A DNA stretch of 64,000 bases from a virus: IMG/VR virus record IMGVR_UViG_3300032291_002524, positions 32,001 to 96,000 of that record, one strand, 5' to 3'. Of the stretch, positions 10,322-20,622 are shown piece by piece. The position numbers and the translations under genes are program-made. Every line of letters starts with the position of its first letter. Positions within the stretch are counted from its first letter, which is position 1. A model generated the notes under the pieces. That model saw only the letters and a list, made by a program, of their open reading frames with translations. It did not search any database and was not told the DNA's origin.

Positions 10322-11544
10322 AAAATTTCGCCTCTTGGAGATACTTTAATTTGTTTTCCTTCTGATTCAAATATTAAATTTTTCAAATTAGTTTTACCCA
10401 AAAATTTAATATTTTGATTTTCACTTAAAATAAATTCAGATGTTAATTCTTGTTCGATAGTTTCTGATAAATTTTTAATTTCATCTAAAACACCAACTTT
10501 ATTTATTTTCTTTTTAATAAAGTTATTAACTTTTTTAGTTTCAATTTGTTTTTGTTCTTCTTCAGTTATTACGAAGTACTTAGATAATACTTTATCAACT
10601 TTAGATTCATTAAACATTTCATCCATTACTCTATGTAAAGGGTTCGCAGCTTCACCGACTTCAGGTTCAACACTAATTTCATCGGAACCCATCTCATCAC
10701 CCAAATCCATTGGCGGATTAGAATCTGACGGTGTCATAGCAATATCTAAATCGTAATTTGAATCATCTTCATCACCTTCAAATTTAGACATAATATCTTC
10801 AACATCTTCATCAGTTAAACTTGATAAATCAAGTGCTGACAATATCGAATTAATGACATATTTAATATCTTCAGATGTCATTTCTTCTTTTTCACTATAA
10901 CTTCTAATTTTTTGACCTAACTTCCCGGTTATCTTTTGAATCGTTTTAAATGTAGTAACATCATCACCATTTTCATCAGACCCCGCATCAACATTAGTAT
11001 CATCCATAGACGGCTCATCAATTGATAAATCGTCCATACCCATATCGTCACCCATGTCCATATCTGAATCCATTTCAGGTTCAGAAACTTCAGGTGATGG
11101 TGTCATTTCAGGTTCAGAAACTTCAGGTGATGGTGTCATTTCAGGTTCCATCTGTGGTGCTGATTGTTTAGGAAGTCTTAAAACTTTTTTTTGTTCACCA
11201 AACATTTCAGTTCCCGATTCATTTTCATTCAATCTGTTCAGTTCACCAGCAATTAAATTTAATTTCTTTAATGCTTGTGAATATGATGAATGATATTTTC
11301 TATTTTTCATAGGTTCTGAATAATCTAACGAAGACTCATCAAGACCTTTCTTAATTATATATCCTTGTCTTTCTTTAACAATTCCATATGTATAACCATC
11401 AACTAAAACACGTGAATAGTTTAAAGTTTGATTTTCGTTTATTTCCTTATGAGGTTTTTCACCATATGTTGCAATTTCCATAATACGGGAAATTTTATCG
11501 ATTCCTTGAAGTTTTTCACTTCCTATTGGTTTTAAATCTGCCAT
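10318..11544 (-). CDS. hypothetical acidic protein
   Basis: 408 aa; 33-bp tandem duplication encoding EPEMTPSPEVS. Confidence 0.75.
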   Translation of the reverse strand: MADLKPIGSEKLQGIDKISRIMEIATYGEKPHKEINENQTLNYSRVLVDGYTYGIVKERQGYIIKKGLDESSLDYSEPMKNRKYHSSYSQALKKLNLIAGELNRLNENESGTEMFGEQKKVLRLPKQSAPQMEPEMTPSPEVSEPEMTPSPEVSEPEMDSDMDMGDDMGMDDLSIDEPSMDDTNVDAGSDENGDDVTTFKTIQKITGKLGQKIRSYSEKEEMTSEDIKYVINSILSALDLSSLTDEDVEDIMSKFEGDEDDSNYDLDIAMTPSDSNPPMDLGDEMGSDEISVEPEVGEAANPLHRVMDEMFNESKVDKVLSKYFVITEEEQKQIETKKVNNFIKKKINKVGVLDEIKNLSETIEQELTSEFILSENQNIKFLGKTNLKNLIFESEGKQIKVSPRGEIL

Positions 11545-11568
11545 TATCTATATATATATTTTTCTAGT

Positions 11569-11757
11569 TTAAGAATTTAATCCGTTAAATCCGCCAATTG
11601 CAACTGACATACATTGAAGTGAGACTTGATTATCACTGTCAGTCCACACAGGTTTAGGCGTGTTAAACGTAACCACAGAACCTGGTGTTGTCCCAGAACC
11701 TTCAACAATCCCTCTCAATACGTAGGTATAATTGGATGTACATGCCGTTGTTGCCAT
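11569..11757 (-). CDS. small hypothetical protein
   Basis: 62 aa ORF in operon context. Confidence 0.6.
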   Translation of the reverse strand: MATTACTSNYTYVLRGIVEGSGTTPGSVVTFNTPKPVWTDSDNQVSLQCMSVAIGGFNGLNS

Positions 11758-11759
11758 AA

Positions 11760-12563
11760 TTATTTTTTCTTTATAAATATATTATTTTGTTTATAAAGTT
11801 CATTTTCTTTTAATGATAATTTCTTATCTATAATGTTATTTTCCAATTTTTGCAATTTTTCCAAATATCCATTTCTTCTTAAAACTTTATATACCAAGTT
11901 TTCATAAGAATATTCACCACCATTGTTTAATCCTGACGTTCTATAATTTCTTAATTTTTCTTTATGTTTGTTAATAACATCTTTTGCAACATCGATTTCT
12001 TCATCTTCAAGATTTCTTACCAATTCATCAATGATTGACATCCAATTTTCAGTCTTTTCTTTAAGTTTTTTATTATCTATTACGACTTCTTCTTTTTTGG
12101 GTTTTTCAATCCATTCATCATTCATTACCGAATAAACGCCTGTGGAAAAATGAGGTTCAGTTGCGTTCTGAACATATAGTTCAACATCAAAACCTTTTAT
12201 TTTAATGTCATGCATTAAATTGAAATAATTTTTCTTTAACCTAAAAAGGTCTTCATAAAGGTCTTTGTTTTCATCATAATTGTCAAAATCACTAATAATG
12301 TGTAAATCAACATCTGAAAACTCTGACCAATTATAATTTGAAAGGGAACCCGTCATAATAATATCTTCAATAAAGATATCAACATTAAGAAACTCGATAA
12401 ATTCTATCGCTATTTCTATTAACCTTTCACGAATTTCGGGTTTCATTTTTTCGCTCTGAGCGTCAGAATCACCCGTAAATTTTCCATTTGGCGTATACCA
12501 AATATCTGGACATAAATTATCCTGTACTTTAAAACTTTGTGCTATTGTTTTGAAATCACTCAC
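11760..12563 (-). CDS. Pol-beta superfamily nucleotidyltransferase
   Basis: TGS...SDVDLH motif and DVELY third acidic residue; GTG start. Confidence 0.8.
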   Translation of the reverse strand: MSDFKTIAQSFKVQDNLCPDIWYTPNGKFTGDSDAQSEKMKPEIRERLIEIAIEFIEFLNVDIFIEDIIMTGSLSNYNWSEFSDVDLHIISDFDNYDENKDLYEDLFRLKKNYFNLMHDIKIKGFDVELYVQNATEPHFSTGVYSVMNDEWIEKPKKEEVVIDNKKLKEKTENWMSIIDELVRNLEDEEIDVAKDVINKHKEKLRNYRTSGLNNGGEYSYENLVYKVLRRNGYLEKLQKLENNIIDKKLSLKENELYKQNNIFIKKK

Positions 12564-12583
12564 AAATATAAATACATCAAATA

Positions 12584-12826
12584 TTATAATTTTCTAAATT
12601 CATAATTTTTACTAATCTCATTTGTAAAAAATTTACCTTGGGATTCCGATAATCTGAATTGGGCATAAACTTTATGTGGAACATTTTTATATTCATATTG
12701 TAACCCGTTGTTAAAGGTTACTGTCATGATTTGTGTTGAAACATTGTAGGTACTTTCCTTAATGTTTGATGACTTAATGATATTATAAATCATATCGCCT
12801 TTGATTTCTTCTTTAATAATACTCAT
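12584..12826 (-). CDS. KTSC domain protein
   Basis: SSNI..STY.....VTFNNG..YEYKNVP......SESQGKFF. Confidence 0.85.
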   Translation of the reverse strand: MSIIKEEIKGDMIYNIIKSSNIKESTYNVSTQIMTVTFNNGLQYEYKNVPHKVYAQFRLSESQGKFFTNEISKNYEFRKL

Positions 12827-12856
12827 GTCAATAAATATAGAATCAATTTAAAATAA

Positions 12857-12884
12857 GAAACCCCTTCTTTTGAAAGGGGTTTTT
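12857..12884. terminator. intrinsic terminator
   Basis: GAAACCCCTTC-TTTT-GAAAGGGGTTTTT. Confidence 0.7.
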
Positions 12885-12889
12885 CATTG

Positions 12890-13348
12890 TTATTCGTATT
12901 TTTTAAGTTCGTCCCTAACCTTAATGGCTTCTTCGAATTCTTGTTTTTCAATATGAGATTTTAATTTTTCTTGTAATTCATTAATTAAACCTTCATTTTC
13001 TTCAAGGTCTTTAATTGTATCACGAAGTTTAATCGCCAATAGAAAATCTTCATTCTTAACCGCAATATCCAATTCTTTCTTTAAAGATTCGATTTTTGAT
13101 GTTGGTTTGTTTTCTTTTCTTTTATCACTACCATCATATGTTTTTATATAAGTTGTGATTTTATAAAAACCATCTTTTGATGTGTATGTTTGTTTGGTCC
13201 AATCCCCATTAGAATCTGAACCATTTTCGGTTTTTGTTTCACCTTTAAAAGTTAATGGTGAATCATAACCACCAATCATTTCATTTAATTCATCCATAAG
13301 TTCTTTTAAACTTTTACTGTTTCTTCCAAATAAATCGAACATATTCAT
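12890..13348 (-). CDS. tandem UVR-domain protein (possible ClpC adaptor)
   Basis: LDIAVKNEDFLLAIKLRDTI and IEKQEFEEAIKVRDELK motifs; divergent from clpC. Confidence 0.75.
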   Translation of the reverse strand: MNMFDLFGRNSKSLKELMDELNEMIGGYDSPLTFKGETKTENGSDSNGDWTKQTYTSKDGFYKITTYIKTYDGSDKRKENKPTSKIESLKKELDIAVKNEDFLLAIKLRDTIKDLEENEGLINELQEKLKSHIEKQEFEEAIKVRDELKKYE

Positions 13349-13506
13349 AATATTATTATTTTTGTTTATATTTTTTTTTCAGGTTTACTAAAACCGTGCC
13401 AAAAGATTTTTGTATGGAAAAAATGACATAATGTCGTATTATCATTATTTTATACTGACATATTGTCATGTTGATTATCTAAAAATTAATTTTATATTTG
13501 TGGTGT

Positions 13507-15567
13507 ATGATAGATTTTGACGATAATCAAGAAGCAGGAAAGAAGAAAACTTCCAAATCAGAAAATACGGGAAGTTCAACCCCCGTTTTAGATAATTTTT
13601 CTCGTGATTTAATTAAATTGGCATCCGAAGGTAAATTAGACCCCGTTATTGGTCGAGATATTGAAATTAATAGACTTGCCCAAATTATATCAAGGAGAAA
13701 GAAAAATAACCCAATATTAATCGGTGAGCCCGGTTGTGGAAAAACAGCTGTGGTTGAAGGATTGGCCATCAAAATTTTTGAAGGTAATTGCCCTCAAAAT
13801 TTGTTAGATAAACGAATTGTTAGTTTGGATATGACATCAATCGTTGCAGGTACCAAATATCGTGGTCAATTTGAAGAACGTTTAAAAGTTATTTTAGATG
13901 AACTTCGAGATAATCATGAAACCATTGTGTTTATTGATGAAATTCACACAATTATAGGTGCGGGTAATTCTTCGGGGTCACTTGACGCATCCAACATCTT
14001 TAAACCTGCACTTGCACGTGGAGAACTCCAATGTATCGGAGCAACAACCTTGGACGAATATCGGGAACATATTGAAAAGGACGGAGCATTGGAAAGACGG
14101 TTCCAAAAGGTTTTAGTTGAACCATCTTCAATTGAAGATACAATCACAATCCTAATGAGAGCCAAGGAAAACTATGAAAAACACCATAAAGTTTTCTTCA
14201 GTGAAGAATCAATTAAAGCATGTGTTCATTTGGCCGATAGGTATATAACTGACCGAAGTTTTCCTGATAAAGCAATTGATATCATGGATGAAGTCGGAGC
14301 TCGTAGTCAAATCGCTGTTAAATTACCGGAAGTTATTGAACAGTTAAAAGAAGAAGCTGAAAAAATAAAACAGAGTAAGTTAGATGTTGTTAGAAATCAG
14401 AGATTTGAGGAAGCCGCAGAACTTCGTGACCGTGAACGAAAAGTGTTAAAACAATTACAAGAAGAAAAAGAAAAGTTTGAAAATGACCGTTTAACAAATA
14501 AAAAACTTGTCGATGAGAACATGGTGTATGAAGTGGTTGCATCAATGACAAAGATACCAATCACCAAATTGACACAGTCAGAATCAGAATCACTACTTCA
14601 ATTAGAACAAAATTTACAAAATTCAGTTATTGGTCAAGATGATGCTGTTAGTAAAATTGCAAAGGCAATCCGACGAAATCGTGTTGGGATTAAAGAACCT
14701 AACAAACCAATTGGTTCATTTATTTTTCTTGGGTCCACAGGTATTGGTAAAACCCATTTGGCTAAACAATTAGCAAAAGAAGTTTTTGGTGATTCGGACG
14801 CATTAATTCGAATGGATATGTCAGAATATCAAGAAAAATTTACAATGTCTCGTTTGATTGGTTCACCTCCGGGTTATGTTGGATTTAATGAAGGAGGTCA
14901 ATTGACTGAACAGGTTAGAAATAAACCATATTCGGTAATATTATTTGACGAAATCGAAAAGGCCCATAAAGATATCTTCACTTTATTGTTACAAACAATG
15001 GACGAAGGGTTCTTAACCGATAGTAATGGTAGAAAAATTAATTTCAAAAATACCGTTATTATTATGACATCTAACATTGGTGCTAGAAAAGTTCAAGAAT
15101 TCGGTGCTGGTGTTGGTTTTGGCACAAGTGCTAAAATGGATAAAGAACTTGAAATAAAGAAAATGGCAGTAGAGGATGAACTGAAGAAGTTTTTCCCACC
15201 TGAATTTATAAATCGTGTTGATGATATTGTATTCTTTAATTCATTAAAAGAAGATGAAGTGAATCAGATTGTTAAAATTGAATTATCAAAATTAACCAAC
15301 AGACTTTCATCTATGAACTATAAAATCGAAATAGGTGACGAAATGTTGAAACATATTTGTGAAATTGGTTTCGATGAAAAGTTTGGGGCCAGACCTATTA
15401 AAAGAGCAATTCAAAGTCAAATTGAAGACTTTATTTCCGATGAAATATTAAAAGGTAATTTAATCACTGATATTGAATATACTGTGGATTATATAGATGG
15501 TTCACCTTTATTAATAACCAAAGATTCAAAACCGAAACGAGTAAAGAAAAAGAAAGAAACTGAATAA
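13507..15567 (+). CDS. clpC: ClpC-like AAA+ chaperone lacking the N-domain
   Basis: GEPGCGKT, IVFIDEIH, UVR middle domain, GSTGIGKT, LFDEIEKAH, GVGF ClpP-docking loop, GARPIKR. Confidence 0.93.
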   Translation: MIDFDDNQEAGKKKTSKSENTGSSTPVLDNFSRDLIKLASEGKLDPVIGRDIEINRLAQIISRRKKNNPILIGEPGCGKTAVVEGLAIKIFEGNCPQNLLDKRIVSLDMTSIVAGTKYRGQFEERLKVILDELRDNHETIVFIDEIHTIIGAGNSSGSLDASNIFKPALARGELQCIGATTLDEYREHIEKDGALERRFQKVLVEPSSIEDTITILMRAKENYEKHHKVFFSEESIKACVHLADRYITDRSFPDKAIDIMDEVGARSQIAVKLPEVIEQLKEEAEKIKQSKLDVVRNQRFEEAAELRDRERKVLKQLQEEKEKFENDRLTNKKLVDENMVYEVVASMTKIPITKLTQSESESLLQLEQNLQNSVIGQDDAVSKIAKAIRRNRVGIKEPNKPIGSFIFLGSTGIGKTHLAKQLAKEVFGDSDALIRMDMSEYQEKFTMSRLIGSPPGYVGFNEGGQLTEQVRNKPYSVILFDEIEKAHKDIFTLLLQTMDEGFLTDSNGRKINFKNTVIIMTSNIGARKVQEFGAGVGFGTSAKMDKELEIKKMAVEDELKKFFPPEFINRVDDIVFFNSLKEDEVNQIVKIELSKLTNRLSSMNYKIEIGDEMLKHICEIGFDEKFGARPIKRAIQSQIEDFISDEILKGNLITDIEYTVDYIDGSPLLITKDSKPKRVKKKKETE

Positions 15568-15663
15568 AAAAAGGGGGTTGAAAAACCCCCTTTTTTTATT
15601 CTTAATATTAAACTTTTTGATAAAAATACCGCACAAAAAAAAGGGTCGTAATCGACCCTTTTT
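15566..15663. terminator. two intrinsic terminators between convergent genes
   Basis: AAAAAAGGGGGTT-GAAA-AACCCCCTTTTTTT and AAAAAAGGGTCG-TAAT-CGACCCTTTTT. Confidence 0.8.
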
Positions 15664-15665
15664 AT

Positions 15666-16487
15666 TTAACTAAATAACATCCACCGTTCCATTTTTGGTT
15701 GATGGTCGTATTTAACATTACCCAAAGATTCAATCATTTTTTTACCCATTTCAATCGAGTTAAATAAATCTTCAATTACCACATATTCATTCGGTGTGTG
15801 ATAATCATAATACCCACAAGATACATTAATACATGAAATGTTAAATTTACCTGTAATCTGAGATACATCGGTATAAGGATGTTTCATCAATTCATGTTTA
15901 GGTCCCATGTATTGTTCTAATAATGGACCAACTTTTTCGAAAAATTCAGAATCACGGTCAAATAACTTAACCCCCCAACAATATTCAGTAACCATCCAAG
16001 ATTCGGGTGCGTCGTATTGAATTGCATATCCAACATTCGAAAAGAATTCAGGGTCTGCTTTTCTTGAACCGTGACAACCTGTTTCTTCCGCTACGAAAAA
16101 TGCGACTTTTAAAACATCTAATTGTTCTAAAAGGTCTAAACCTGCGTAAACACCACATTTATCGTCACCACCAATACCAACTGGTCTTCCTGTATATTTG
16201 TGATATGCTTTAAATGAAGGTTTTTCAACACCATATACATTTGGTAACATTTCTTCTCTAACAACCATATCGGTTATTGAGTGTACAGTATCTGTGTGAG
16301 CAATAACACATGGGTACCACTCAGCAGTACCTTTGGTTACATAAATGTTTCCATTTTCTTGAACTTTGTAATCGTAATTTTTTGATTGCAAGTACTCAAC
16401 CAAGTATTGAATCATCAAATCTTCTTGATAAGTTTTTGTAGGTATGGATAATACCTCTTTCAGGTGGGCAATTTTTTCTTCTGTCAT
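15666..16487 (-). CDS. M20/M28 family metallopeptidase
   Basis: IAHTDTVH, GGDDKCG, AEETGCHGS, YHTPNE metal ligands. Confidence 0.85.
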   Translation of the reverse strand: MTEEKIAHLKEVLSIPTKTYQEDLMIQYLVEYLQSKNYDYKVQENGNIYVTKGTAEWYPCVIAHTDTVHSITDMVVREEMLPNVYGVEKPSFKAYHKYTGRPVGIGGDDKCGVYAGLDLLEQLDVLKVAFFVAEETGCHGSRKADPEFFSNVGYAIQYDAPESWMVTEYCWGVKLFDRDSEFFEKVGPLLEQYMGPKHELMKHPYTDVSQITGKFNISCINVSCGYYDYHTPNEYVVIEDLFNSIEMGKKMIESLGNVKYDHQPKMERWMLFS

Positions 16488-16520
16488 TTATCCACAAATA
16501 TACGACAAAATTACAACTTA

Positions 16521-18674
16521 TCAAAATAATTTATAGTTTCTCATTAAAGATTCCAACTGTTCCAAAGATAATGAATATCTTTTTTTAGTATAAGAACCTG
16601 ATGATGACATTTCAATAATCACATCATTGTCAGGTTCAACACTTACAACAGACATGTATGTACCTGGCATTGTTTTAACTTCTTTTTTAACATTAAATCC
16701 AAAATTCTTAATTACGTAATCAATTGTCTCTTTATATTGGTCTATATTATCAAATATACCATCTTCATCATCAACTAAAGACTCATAAAATTCTTTTAAA
16801 TAATATGTTGACTCTTTATGCCAAGATTCAATGAATTTAGTATCATCTCTATGTTCCCAATAATTTTCAGTAACATCGGTAGGACCATAATCTTCAACTT
16901 TTATTGCCAATAATTTACGTACTGAATAATTTGGGTCTTTACCATCTATTTTTTTATCTTCATAGAGTTTTAAAATATTATCGACCGTACTTACATAGTG
17001 TCTATATAGTTTCACTTTATTAACACCAAACGCAGACATTACATCACCGTATTCTGTATTAATTGCATCTTTAACACCGGATTGAAATCCTATTTCCATT
17101 GAATATGTGTATTCATCAACTAATCGACTATATAATTTTTCATTTGATGATAATAAATTTGCAACTTCTGAATAATATTTTGTTGAATCTTTATCTGATT
17201 TAGTTGAAAAAAGTTTTGGGTCCAATAATTTTACGATGTTATCCAAAATATCATTACCCTCATCACTTAAATACTCAAGAGCGTATCCTGCATCAAAATC
17301 TTGTTCAGCAGTGTAACTATCAAAAAACTCATAATCACTACCATAATGACCAATTATACTTTGTATTACCGATATCGAATGTGAGTAAATTGAATATTTA
17401 AGAATGCTTTCTAAATAATCATTACTTGATTCAAAAAATATGTGTAAATCATTACCATCAATTTCCAAATTTTCATCATACGCAAAGGCCTCATCCGCAC
17501 TAATTTTTCCCGATTTAAAATTCAATAAAGTCTTATAATCGTTTGTGTTTATATTTAAAACATTAGAAATGATATCATCCATTCCTGGCATATTTGAATA
17601 TAACGTATCAAAATTACTTCTATTGTCTTGTTGGTCCCAAACCTCAATAGACTTTATCGACCCACGTTCATTTTTATTTACAGGTATCCTTAGGGCAAAT
17701 TTTGAATATTTGTCATCTCTTCCTTTTTTATTGATAACATAATAAAATTTAGAATTAGAGGTATAATCGTCAAAATATCTCGATGAATCCTTAGACGCGA
17801 CACACCATTTGGTTTCACGACCATAGACACATGACGCATTATGTGTTAATGGTTGAACTATTAAATAATTTGAATCTTCATATATTTTTTTAGATTCTTT
17901 CTTTGCATTTTTTATTTGTTCTCTTGTTGCCGTAAATTGTTTTAAGTGGTTGTAAAATTCTCTAAGAGATTGTATATCAGGATACGAATTAATGTCTTTT
18001 GGGGCTTTGCCAATTTTATCCCAAATATTTCCATAATTTGTTAAATCACCATTTTTAATTCGATTATTCCAATCATCAATTGAATACTGGTTGGTTTTAT
18101 TTTCGATAAAATCCATATATTCCGATACTCGCCTTAATGTTGTATCCAATCCTACGGGTGCTGGCTTGTTTCTTTCATCTTTTATTCGTTTAAAAAACCA
18201 AGGAATGTATTTTTTGTTATTTGATAAATCGGCAGCCCAAAGAGCATCAAAGAAAGATTTCTTAACCAATTCATCATCCCTTTCTTCCCAATCGATAGGT
18301 AATTCCAAATATTTTTGAAAAAAGTCGGACCGTTTATCTTCTCTAATTAAACCTTCAAATAGATTACTTAAATCTTCATCAGGACCATTTAGTATTACGT
18401 CGATATAATGTGATGTTTCAGAAATATCATCATTAATATCACCAATAAACTCTGTTTTATCACCATATTCGACGTAATATTTTCCGTCATTATCAATTAT
18501 TAGTGTAAATATATCATCGCCCTCAATAACATATTGTTCAGTACCAAGTGAATATATACCATCATAAACACAAGTTATATTTTTAGGTATAAAATCAAAA
18601 TATTCAAGAATATCTAAAACTCTATCTAAATGTGAAAAATATGATTGGTCCTGTCCGTAATAAGTAATTTCCAT
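16521..18674 (-). CDS. large protein with PLT...YG..TKWC motif (paralogue family)
   Basis: QPLTHNASCVYGRETKWC...FDDY shared with 58965-60569 and 62603-63499. Confidence 0.75.
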   Translation of the reverse strand: MEITYYGQDQSYFSHLDRVLDILEYFDFIPKNITCVYDGIYSLGTEQYVIEGDDIFTLIIDNDGKYYVEYGDKTEFIGDINDDISETSHYIDVILNGPDEDLSNLFEGLIREDKRSDFFQKYLELPIDWEERDDELVKKSFFDALWAADLSNNKKYIPWFFKRIKDERNKPAPVGLDTTLRRVSEYMDFIENKTNQYSIDDWNNRIKNGDLTNYGNIWDKIGKAPKDINSYPDIQSLREFYNHLKQFTATREQIKNAKKESKKIYEDSNYLIVQPLTHNASCVYGRETKWCVASKDSSRYFDDYTSNSKFYYVINKKGRDDKYSKFALRIPVNKNERGSIKSIEVWDQQDNRSNFDTLYSNMPGMDDIISNVLNINTNDYKTLLNFKSGKISADEAFAYDENLEIDGNDLHIFFESSNDYLESILKYSIYSHSISVIQSIIGHYGSDYEFFDSYTAEQDFDAGYALEYLSDEGNDILDNIVKLLDPKLFSTKSDKDSTKYYSEVANLLSSNEKLYSRLVDEYTYSMEIGFQSGVKDAINTEYGDVMSAFGVNKVKLYRHYVSTVDNILKLYEDKKIDGKDPNYSVRKLLAIKVEDYGPTDVTENYWEHRDDTKFIESWHKESTYYLKEFYESLVDDEDGIFDNIDQYKETIDYVIKNFGFNVKKEVKTMPGTYMSVVSVEPDNDVIIEMSSSGSYTKKRYSLSLEQLESLMRNYKLF

Positions 18675-18693
18675 ATATAAATAAATACTTGTA

Positions 18694-18725
18694 TTTGGAA
18701 GTTTAATAAAGTATTTATATATTTG
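18694..18725 (+). promoter_or_regulatory. Bacteroidota sigmaA-type promoter for the tmRNA unit
   Basis: TTTG (18694) N20 TATATTTG (18718-18725). Confidence 0.75.
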
Positions 18726-18818
18726 TATAAGAAATCACGGGTGGCTCCCTTAATAGTTAAGGCTGACCTTAAGCATCTGACGTTATGTCTATACAGGGGG
18801 CGAAAGTGATTTTCATAA

Positions 18819-18830
18819 GTTCTTTGAAAA
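18819..18830 (+). promoter_or_regulatory. boxA-like antitermination element
   Basis: GTTCTTTGAAAA just before tmRNA; the same core occurs at 42053 and 53191. Confidence 0.65.
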
Positions 18831-18833
18831 TAT

Positions 18834-19216
18834 GGGGATGACACAGAATTGATTGGCGTGGTTAGTCAATTGGTGCACGTATGAGCTGAATTAACTCATT
18901 AAAAACTGATTTAAAAACACAAACGGCAACGTTTTAAATAAAATGGCTGCTTGCGGTTTAATCCGTGAAGACGCTGCTGTTGTAGCTTAATCAGCACAAC
19001 ACACTCAGGTCGGGGGACATATAACCTAGGAACAGAAGTCTTTAGAGGTGTGGTTTCTATCTTAAAAGAAACAAGTGGAGGATTAGTTCTCAGTAAACCG
19101 AACCACTATAAAATAAGGGAATTGTGAATTTCGGAACATTAGCAAATGTTGACCTAAACGTGTAGGACCTTTTGGTTAAGACGAACAAGACCGCGGGGCA
19201 GTGCCGCGCATCTCCA
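18834..19216 (+). ncRNA. ssrA: tmRNA
   Basis: acceptor GGGGAUG/CAUCUCC-A with G3.U70; T-arm CGCGG-GGCAGUG-CCGCG; tag ORF 18925-18990 GNVLNKMAACGLIREDAAVVA*. Confidence 0.9.
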
Positions 19217-19270
19217 GGCTCACAATTGAATACCTCCACGTGGTGTGAGCTGGGTAACGCTAAATTCAAT
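19217..19270 (+). ncRNA. minimal HDV-like (theta) self-cleaving ribozyme
   Basis: P1 GGCUCAC/GUGAGCU (G.U at the cleavage site), P2 AUUGAAU/AUUCAAU, P3 ACC/GGU, L3 UCCACGU, P1.1 GG, minimal P4, J4/2 GCUAA. Confidence 0.85.
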
Positions 19271-19297
19271 AATCATTACAGTTATTAATTAAAAATT

Positions 19298-19328
19298 AAA
19301 GTGGTCAAATTCGACCACTTTTTTTTTG
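19298..19328 (+). terminator. intrinsic terminator after tmRNA/ribozyme
   Basis: AAAGTGGTC-AAATTC-GACCACTTTTTTTTT. Confidence 0.8.
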
Positions 19329-19376
19329 TGCATTTAAAATCTATTTAGTATCTTTGTATTACTAAACACCACCACT

Positions 19377-20114
19377 ATGAACACAATCATTAAACACAAC
19401 ACAAGAGTAAGAAATTACAACGGGCAAAACGATTTTATCCGTAAAATGAAAGAAGTTGTATATCAGTACGGAGGATTAACAGAAAAACAAGCATTGGCAG
19501 TTGAAAAGGCACTTAGTGAGAAAACAAATGTCGATACTCGTTCCTTACCAGATAATCTAAAATCGATTGCCGATTATTCGGGGGATAATGTATTCGTGTT
19601 GGATGTTAAAAGTAAATTCCTTAAATATGGTACTTTAACAGATGCCCAAGTATCTGCGGCGAATAAACAAATTAAAAAAGAAGACGAATCAAAACAACGT
19701 ATTGATGTCAATATTGATGTGATTGGTGAAACAGTAATTGTTGGTCGAAACACGGGTGAAAAGTTGAAGAAAGATAAAGGTTTAAATTTTAACCCTGTTC
19801 TATTGGATATTACCGAAGTTATGACCTTAACTGCTAAGGCAATTAAATTTAAAGGTAAATTAACAACTAAAAACGGTAACATTTGTAAGTCTTGCGGACG
19901 AGTATTAACTGATGAATTTTCACGGTTAACGGGTTATGGTAAGACTTGTGCGAAACATTTGGGTGTTGAATATATTAAAGACGAATCTGAAGTTGAGCGT
20001 TTTAATCAGGAAGCACTTCAAAAAGTTGAAGAAATTGGTGAAATGGAATTTTGGGTTCCTCGTCGTCAAATCAAAGTATGGAATGGTGAAAGTGCAATTT
20101 TAATGAAAATGTAA
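19377..20114 (+). CDS. hypothetical protein with DUF6011-like Zn motif
   Basis: CKSCGRVLTDEFSRLTGYGKTCA. Confidence 0.7.
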   Translation: MNTIIKHNTRVRNYNGQNDFIRKMKEVVYQYGGLTEKQALAVEKALSEKTNVDTRSLPDNLKSIADYSGDNVFVLDVKSKFLKYGTLTDAQVSAANKQIKKEDESKQRIDVNIDVIGETVIVGRNTGEKLKKDKGLNFNPVLLDITEVMTLTAKAIKFKGKLTTKNGNICKSCGRVLTDEFSRLTGYGKTCAKHLGVEYIKDESEVERFNQEALQKVEEIGEMEFWVPRRQIKVWNGESAILMKM

Positions 20115-20594
20115 ATGCAGACGTTCCTACCTTATCCCGATTTTAAAGAAAGTTTCCGAGCCTTAGATAATAAAAGACTCGGAAAACAAAGAGTTGAATC
20201 ATTTCAAATTTTAAATGCGATATTAGGTCGACCAAAAAAAGACGGTAAACCATATAAAGGGTGGTTAAATCATCCGTGTTCGATTATGTGGAAAGAGCAC
20301 GTTCCGGCCCTTCAAATGTATTTTAATGAATGTATTGATGTATGGATTGAACGCGGATTTAAAAATTCGATGGAATATGAAGAATATGTTGGTGAAATAA
20401 TCTTACCTGATTGGATAGGATACGAAGCATTTCACGCATCTCACAGAGCCAATTTACTTAGGAAGGATTTAACATATTATTCACAACATAATTGGGATGA
20501 AAATCCTGATGACCCATACTTATGGCTAGACGATAACAAAACTTGGTATCAACAAATAGTTGGGTCGAAAAAAAGGGTTTATTTGATTAAATAA
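20115..20594 (+). CDS. pyrimidine-dimer DNA glycosylase / MSMEG_6728-like protein
   Basis: MQTFLPYPDF...LDNKRLGKQRVE...NHP...HASHRANLLRKD. Confidence 0.8.
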   Translation: MQTFLPYPDFKESFRALDNKRLGKQRVESFQILNAILGRPKKDGKPYKGWLNHPCSIMWKEHVPALQMYFNECIDVWIERGFKNSMEYEEYVGEIILPDWIGYEAFHASHRANLLRKDLTYYSQHNWDENPDDPYLWLDDNKTWYQQIVGSKKRVYLIK

Positions 20595-20622
20595 ACAAAA
20601 ACAATTAACATTACTCTGAATT

